Below, in pieces: positions 58,634-64,000 of a stretch of 64,000 nucleotides of DNA; the stretch's first letter is position 1, and the number at the start of each line of letters is the position of its first letter. The translations under genes were made by a program, and so were the position numbers. Under the pieces are notes generated by a model, which worked only from the letters and a program-made list of their open reading frames with translations, had not been told where the DNA came from and ran no database searches. This stretch comes from Candidatus Moanibacter sp. (GTDB lineage: Bacteria > Verrucomicrobiota > Verrucomicrobiia > Opitutales > UBA2987): the NCBI GenBank assembly GCA_965215885.1, contig CBDCEW010000099.1, positions 64,001 through 128,000 of the forward strand, in the 5' to 3' direction.

Positions 58634-59338
58634 ATGAAGACAATATTGATTACGGGAACAAGTCGAGGGTTAGGATTCGAGTTTGTGCGGCAGTATCTCG
58701 CTGCCGGCGAGCGAGTCCTAGCCACCTGTCGAAATTCGGCCAAGGCGGAGGCACTGGAAAATCTGGAGCAGGATTACCCGGAAACGCTTTCTATCTCTGA
58801 ACTGGATGTCTCCTCAATGGATTCGATCGAAGAGGCAGCGAAAAGGATCAGGCGTGATTTTTCGGCCATTGATATTTTAATCAATAATGCGGGAGTGGCA
58901 GTATGGACACCGTTTGAAAAGCTGACCATGCGTGAGATGGAGGATGTCATACGAGTGAACACATTGGCGCCCATATTCGTTACTCGGTGTTTTCTCCCCT
59001 TGCTCCGAAATGGAAGCAGGAAATTGATTGTAAATATCAGCTCAGTTATCGGTTCCATTGCACAGATCGAAGCGTTGGGCAACGCTGGTTCACTGCCCTA
59101 CAATGCGAGCAAAACCGCGCTTAACATGATTGGAAAGATGCTCGCATTAAGTCTCCGCGAGGAGGGCATCATCGTGCTGCAGCAGGGCCCGGGTTGGGTA
59201 AAGACGGAGATGGGTGGTGAGGGGGCCGAAATTATGCCCGAGGAGTCGATCTCCGCTATGCGTAGGATTTTTGAGCGCGTAACCATTGAGGACTCCGGTC
59301 GCTTTCTCAACTGGAATGGTGAGGAGATGCCGTGGTAG
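58634..59338 (+). CDS. SDR oxidoreductase, CsgA/C-factor-like
   Basis: TGTSRGLG, INNAG, YNASKTALNM, PGWVKTEMGG, GEEMPW. Confidence 0.88.
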   Translation: MKTILITGTSRGLGFEFVRQYLAAGERVLATCRNSAKAEALENLEQDYPETLSISELDVSSMDSIEEAAKRIRRDFSAIDILINNAGVAVWTPFEKLTMREMEDVIRVNTLAPIFVTRCFLPLLRNGSRKLIVNISSVIGSIAQIEALGNAGSLPYNASKTALNMIGKMLALSLREEGIIVLQQGPGWVKTEMGGEGAEIMPEESISAMRRIFERVTIEDSGRFLNWNGEEMPW

Positions 59339-59402
59339 ACCAATTCATGCGCCGTGGGAAGGCTCTCAAATTGGGGAAAGCAAGTGAACCATAAGGAGGT
59401 GC

Positions 59403-59431
59403 TTGACAAGGGTTATGAGGGCACCTAATTT
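59403..59431 (+). promoter_or_regulatory. Sigma-70 promoter of the nusA operon
   Basis: TTGACA-17 bp-TAATTT. Confidence 0.65.
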
Positions 59432-59460
59432 GAAGGCTTTCCAACTTCTCATTAATTTCG

Positions 59461-59488
59461 AGAGTGGGCATTGGCCCGCTTTTTTTTT
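59461..59488 (+). terminator. rimP/nusA-leader-type attenuator hairpin
   Basis: AGAGTGGGC-ATTG-GCCCGCT followed by a T run, between the promoter and the nusA start. Confidence 0.7.
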
Positions 59489-59514
59489 CAATTCTTGCCA
59501 TTTAAGAAGGCCTT

Positions 59515-60774
59515 ATGAGCAGCGAGATCCTATCGGTTCTGGAATACATGGAGAGAGAAAAAGGAATCGCCCGGGAGGAGATGATCGGGACGATTGTCAA
59601 TGCGATCCGCGGTGCGGCCCAGAAAGGCTTCAACTCGAGCCAGGAATTAAGAATTGAGATTGACCCAAAGACAGGAGCGCTCAATGCGTGGATGAAGCTA
59701 CAGGTAGTGGATTCGGTGAGCGATCCCAAGACGGAAATTCACCTGGAGAAGGCGCGATTGTACAATAGCAATCCGAAAGTAGGAGATATCGTAGAGAAGG
59801 AGATTGATCCTGCCTATTTAGGCCGGATAGCGGCTCAGACGGCTCGGCAGTCCATAATGCAGCGGCTACGGCAGTATGAGAAGGAGCGGATTTACGATGA
59901 TTTCAAGGATATGGTGGGCGATATCGTATCGGGAGTCGTGCGGCGACGCGAGCGAGGAGACTTGATTGTCGACCTCGGAAAAGCGGAAGCGGTGCTCTTG
60001 CCGAAAGAGCGAGTGCCGGGTGAGGATTATGCGCCCGGAGAGCGTATCCGTTGTTTACTTTTGAATATCGATCACACCAATCGAGGACCCGAGCTCATCC
60101 TAAGTCGGGCGAGCGTCCGTTTTGTGAGACGTCTTTTTCAACTCGAAGTTACGGAAATTGCGGATGGCACGGTTGTGATTGAAGCGATTTCGCGTGAACC
60201 GGGGTATCGGACGAAGATCGCAGTTAACAGCAAGGATCCAAAAGTTGATCCGGTAGGCGCTTGCGTGGGCGCGCGCGGCGCCCGTGTAAAAAGTATTGTG
60301 CGTGAACTCGGGGGAGAAAAGATTGATATAATTCGCTATTTCAGTGATCCTCTTAAGATGCTGGAGGAAGCGATCAGGCCGGCTATACCTCGCAACATTA
60401 CGATTGATGAGGCTACTCACCGCATTCTCTTCGAGGTATCAGAGGATGATCTATCGGTGGCGATTGGTCGCCGGGGGCAGAATGCTCGCCTGACCAGCCG
60501 GCTCCTGGGTTGGAAACTTGATATTTCAAAGGAAAAGCGTCTGGACCTCGGATTTGATGAAAGAGTGCAGGCAGCAGTTGCCGGATGGCATGGAGTTCCG
60601 GGTATAACCGACGAATCCGGCCAGAAGCTCGTTGAAATCGGGATTGTTAATCCAGAGGCGTTTGTCGATGTAGAGGTTGCCGATCTTGTCGATGCGGGCT
60701 TTACCATGGAAGACGCTACGGAGATAATTGAGCATGTGAATGACTACCGAAGCGCACGCAAAATCGATCAGTAA
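59515..60774 (+). CDS. nusA: Transcription termination factor NusA
   Basis: [11 protein letters not shown]1 and KH domains, [22 protein letters not shown]. Confidence 0.97.
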   Translation: MSSEILSVLEYMEREKGIAREEMIGTIVNAIRGAAQKGFNSSQELRIEIDPKTGALNAWMKLQVVDSVSDPKTEIHLEKARLYNSNPKVGDIVEKEIDPAYLGRIAAQTARQSIMQRLRQYEKERIYDDFKDMVGDIVSGVVRRRERGDLIVDLGKAEAVLLPKERVPGEDYAPGERIRCLLLNIDHTNRGPELILSRASVRFVRRLFQLEVTEIADGTVVIEAISREPGYRTKIAVNSKDPKVDPVGACVGARGARVKSIVRELGGEKIDIIRYFSDPLKMLEEAIRPAIPRNITIDEATHRILFEVSEDDLSVAIGRRGQNARLTSRLLGWKLDISKEKRLDLGFDERVQAAVAGWHGVPGITDESGQKLVEIGIVNPEAFVDVEVADLVDAGFTMEDATEIIEHVNDYRSARKIDQ

Positions 60775-60832
60775 TATGGCATTTAATACGGGTAATCCTG
60801 TTTCCCGGCAGGCACGAAATTGAATTCATTCT

Positions 60833-63196
60833 ATGAGCGTCAGAATCTACCAGCTGTCCAAGCAAGTTGGAATGACCAATTCGGAGTTAATAGAACTCCT
60901 GAAGGAGCGTGGCCACGAGGTAAAGACTGCTTCGAGTACGGTAGATAATATCTCCGCCGAAAGTCTGGTAGAGGAATTTGGAGAACGCGTAGAAAAGGCT
61001 CCCGAGCCCGAAACTGTGGAAGCGCCCGTGGAGATTTCGAAGGCGGGCCTGCCTCCTGGTGTCTTTGTCAAGTCAAAGGAAGAAGCCGATCAGGAGCGTT
61101 TGGAGCGCGAGGAGGCAAAAAAGTCGGCTGCGGGGATCATTAAACCGCCGCAGCCGAAGATTCTTCCGACGGTTTCGCCTGAGCCAATTCAACCTGGCGC
61201 ACCTCCCTTTCTCCGAATCTCAACAGAGCCGGCATCGACGCAAGTGCCGCCGGCACCTCTCGTATCGCGAACTTTGTCATTATCGGGGAGCGTGCATTCG
61301 GCGGGAATGCCTGCATCAGCACCGCCGAATCCGGCTCAGACCGCGGCACCTCCGGCCGTCCAGACAGATGCCGAAGAGGTTTCTGAAGGAGTGGAGGAGA
61401 CGGCGCCCAAAGACCTGAAGAAACTGCAACTCAAACCGCCGATTGTTGTGCGCGATTTTGCCGGTCACCTGGGTCTCAAACCATTCCGTCTCATATCGGA
61501 GCTTATGGAGTTAGGCATATTCGCTTCGATGAATCAGGTGGTCGAAGAGGAAGTCGCGCAAAAACTGGCCCTTAAGCATGGATTTGAACTGGAAGTAAGG
61601 CACCGTGGTGAAGGCCAGGTAGAACTGGTTCAGAAGAAGAAGGAAGAGCCGAAGGAAGATGAGGCGAAATTCCTCGAGCCCCGCCCACCCGTGGTCTGTA
61701 TTCTTGGGCATGTCGATCATGGTAAGACAACCCTGCTCGACACTATCAGGAAAGCAAACGTGGTCGCCGGGGAAGCGGGTGGCATAACGCAGCATATTGG
61801 CGCTTACCAGGTAGAGCACAACGATTACAAGATTACTTTTATCGACACCCCGGGACACGCCGCCTTTTCGAAGATGCGGGCACGAGGTGCAAGTGCCACG
61901 GATGTGGCGATTCTGGTCGTCGCGGCCGACGATGGATTCATGCCCCAGACGGACGAGGCTTTGGGCTACCTACGCAGCGCAGATCTTCCAATAATTGTAG
62001 CCGTAAATAAGATCGATACGAAGGGAGCCGATATCGACAGGGTAAAAAGGCAGATGCAGGAGCGTGAAATCGCCGCGGAAGACTGGGGGGGTGAAACGCT
62101 TACCGTACCGATCTCTGCCTTGAATGGAGAGAATATCGACGAATTGCTTGATAGCATCTTACTACAGGCGGAGATGATGGAAAAGCTTAAGGCAAACCCG
62201 AAGTGTCTTCCGGAAGGCGTCGTAATCGAGGCTCAAAAGGAAGCGGGAAGAGGAGCGACGGCTTCTGTGATAGTGCAGAAAGGCACACTGAAATGTGGCC
62301 ATACGCTCTTAAGTGGTAGCCACTATTGTAAGGTACGGGCCATGACAGATGAAAGTGGGGAAACCGTAAAAAGCGCACCACCTTCCACTCCGGTCAAAGT
62401 AATCGGCTGGTCGAGCCCTCCTGATTCGGGTGCGATTTTTCGGTCTGTTAAGAACGAGAAATTGGCTAAGGGCGAGGCGGAAGAGCATGATCTGCTACAG
62501 AGGAGGGAGGATCAGAGACAAGCCCCCAACGAGAAGGATTCGACACTGGAGGGGTTATTAGCCGCCATTGCGAAAACTCAAAAGAAGGTCTTTCGCGTGG
62601 TCTTAAAGGCGGACGTATTTGGTACTGTGGAAGCGCTCGGGAGTAGCCTTGAAAATATTCAAAGTGAGAGAGTGGAACTGGAGATTGTACAATGTGCGGT
62701 TGGGCCGATAAGCAAAAACGACGTGCTTATGGCAAGCGCTTCCAATGCCGCCATCGTGGGTTTCAACGTCAATTTAGAAGCCGGTGTATCCAGTGAAGCG
62801 AAACATCACGGTATCAGCATTTATCTCCACAATGTAATTTACGAGTTGATTGAGATAGTTAAGGAAGCGATGGCGGATACGCTCGAAGCGGAGTTGCACG
62901 AGATTAAGGTTGGAGCAGCCGATGTGAGGCAGATCTTCCCAGTCGGAAAGTCCGGTCAGGTGGCGGGATGTATGGTAACAGAGGGACGTATTTCGCGCGA
63001 CGGCAATGCACGTGTTCTGCGGAACGGAGATGTGCAGGTGGAGAGCAAGGTGTCTGCATTGAAGAGATTTAAGGAAGACGCGAATGAAGTACGAGCGGGT
63101 TATGAGTGTGGTATACGGTTGGACGATTTTGACTCTTTTGAAGATGGAGACATCATCGAGTGCTTCGAAACAAAGGAAGTGCGTCCATCGCTCTAG
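60833..63196 (+). CDS. infB: Translation initiation factor IF-2
   Basis: [44 protein letters not shown]. Confidence 0.97.
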   Translation: MSVRIYQLSKQVGMTNSELIELLKERGHEVKTASSTVDNISAESLVEEFGERVEKAPEPETVEAPVEISKAGLPPGVFVKSKEEADQERLEREEAKKSAAGIIKPPQPKILPTVSPEPIQPGAPPFLRISTEPASTQVPPAPLVSRTLSLSGSVHSAGMPASAPPNPAQTAAPPAVQTDAEEVSEGVEETAPKDLKKLQLKPPIVVRDFAGHLGLKPFRLISELMELGIFASMNQVVEEEVAQKLALKHGFELEVRHRGEGQVELVQKKKEEPKEDEAKFLEPRPPVVCILGHVDHGKTTLLDTIRKANVVAGEAGGITQHIGAYQVEHNDYKITFIDTPGHAAFSKMRARGASATDVAILVVAADDGFMPQTDEALGYLRSADLPIIVAVNKIDTKGADIDRVKRQMQEREIAAEDWGGETLTVPISALNGENIDELLDSILLQAEMMEKLKANPKCLPEGVVIEAQKEAGRGATASVIVQKGTLKCGHTLLSGSHYCKVRAMTDESGETVKSAPPSTPVKVIGWSSPPDSGAIFRSVKNEKLAKGEAEEHDLLQRREDQRQAPNEKDSTLEGLLAAIAKTQKKVFRVVLKADVFGTVEALGSSLENIQSERVELEIVQCAVGPISKNDVLMASASNAAIVGFNVNLEAGVSSEAKHHGISIYLHNVIYELIEIVKEAMADTLEAELHEIKVGAADVRQIFPVGKSGQVAGCMVTEGRISRDGNARVLRNGDVQVESKVSALKRFKEDANEVRAGYECGIRLDDFDSFEDGDIIECFETKEVRPSL

Positions 63197-63380
63197 GAAT
63201 CTGTCGGACTTAGCATTCCTAACATCTCCGAGGTGTAGATTTCATGATGAAAGATCGATATTCAGACCCAGATGAGACCGACAGATTCCTTTCTAGTCCA
63301 GGCAAGCCGGGATCGGAAGGAAACCGGGTAAATCCTTCGAAAAAAGGCATAAAGTCCGATCGCGGCTTTCCGGGACTAGG
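63193..63380. mobile_element. IS5-like MITE between infB and rbfA
   Basis: Begins at the CTAG containing the infB stop: CTAGGAATCTGTCGGACTTAG; internal GACCGACAGATTCC; right end GGCATAAAGTCCGA. Confidence 0.72.
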
Positions 63381-63457
63381 AAGGCATTCGGAAAAACTGA
63401 GTCTATTTTGTTCAATGGAGTTTTGCTTTTGCATTTCTCAAGCTCACTGGAGGAAAC

Positions 63458-63805
63458 ATGGGACAGCGAATGGTACGGGTGAGTGAGCTGGTCAAACGGG
63501 AGATCAGTGAAATTCTGCATACACGATATCAATCGGAGTCGGTCTATATTACAATTACCGACGTTAGAGTTTCGGCCGATTTGAGGAATGCGCGAGTCTA
63601 CTATTCCGTTTTGGGCGGCGAGCAGGAATCGAATTCGGCGCGTACTTTTCTCGCGAGGGAGGTGCGCGAAATACGAAGATTTGTAGGTAAACGCATAGTT
63701 TTAAAATACTTGCCCGCCCTCGAATTTGTCTACGATGAGTCTATGGAGAGAGGCGCGCATCTGAATTTCCTTATCGATCAACTCGGTTTGGACGAAAGTT
63801 CGTAA
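63458..63805 (+). CDS. rbfA: Ribosome-binding factor A
   Basis: RMVRVSELVKREIS, ITDVRVSADLRNARVY, PALEFVYDES. Confidence 0.95.
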   Translation: MGQRMVRVSELVKREISEILHTRYQSESVYITITDVRVSADLRNARVYYSVLGGEQESNSARTFLAREVREIRRFVGKRIVLKYLPALEFVYDESMERGAHLNFLIDQLGLDESS

Positions 63806-64000
63806 TGAATCTTTATTATCCGGAATTCCGCGAAGATTTCCTGGGGGTTGTGGAAAGTCTCAAAGGGGAAAAGGTGGCCATCCTGGGGCATTTGCGTCCG
63901 GACGGAGACTGTATTGGATCGCAAATAGCGTTGTGCCGGTGTCTAAGATCGCTTGGCATTGAAGCAGTAGCGATCGGTCCGGATTCGATACCGCGTGTCC
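63805..64000 (+). CDS. nrnA: DHH family phosphoesterase (NrnA-like), partial
   Basis: ATG overlaps the rbfA stop; AILGHLRPDGDCIGSQIAL; usual position after rbfA. Confidence 0.8.
   Translation, partial: MNLYYPEFREDFLGVVESLKGEKVAILGHLRPDGDCIGSQIALCRCLRSLGIEAVAIGPDSIPRV

Noticed and set aside
61020..61420. Pro/Ala-rich insertion in IF-2
   Set aside because: A variable low-complexity N-terminal linker is normal for IF-2

Overview
A 64 kb bacterial chromosomal window. The gene set and order (nusA-infB-rbfA-DHH without rimP, DUF2851, a TPR-LysM/IscS/ruvC cluster, ECF sigma/anti-sigma/HtrA-like) suggest Verrucomicrobiota, probably Opitutia; this is inference, not a search result. It holds two tandem peptide ABC systems (Opp-like and Yej-like), three ECF sigma/anti-sigma modules, housekeeping genes (fumC, ruvC, queA, acs, nusA, infB, rbfA), several hydrolases and oxidoreductases, and three gene remnants. 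There are three full IS elements: two near-identical ISL3 copies with 8-bp target duplications and one IS5/ISNCY-like DDE element. Most of the larger intergenic spacers carry small mobile or palindromic repeats from many families (CTAG/TAG-bounded MITEs, REP doublets, IS200/IS605-end-like hairpins, short tandem repeats). The strongest leads are: (i) an ECF sigma/anti-sigma/HtrA-like module whose protease has lost all three catalytic residues and whose signal peptide is broken by a T9 tract, paralleled by a second module with a PDZ-only partner; (ii) an ECF-linked YceI/GT2/flavoprotein/DedA/DUF547 gene run; (iii) mobile DNA just upstream of all three sigma genes; (iv) MITEs whose ends coincide with stop codons or supply a gene's N-terminus. 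I saw no CRISPR array, rRNA or tRNA. All family assignments come from motif recognition by eye.
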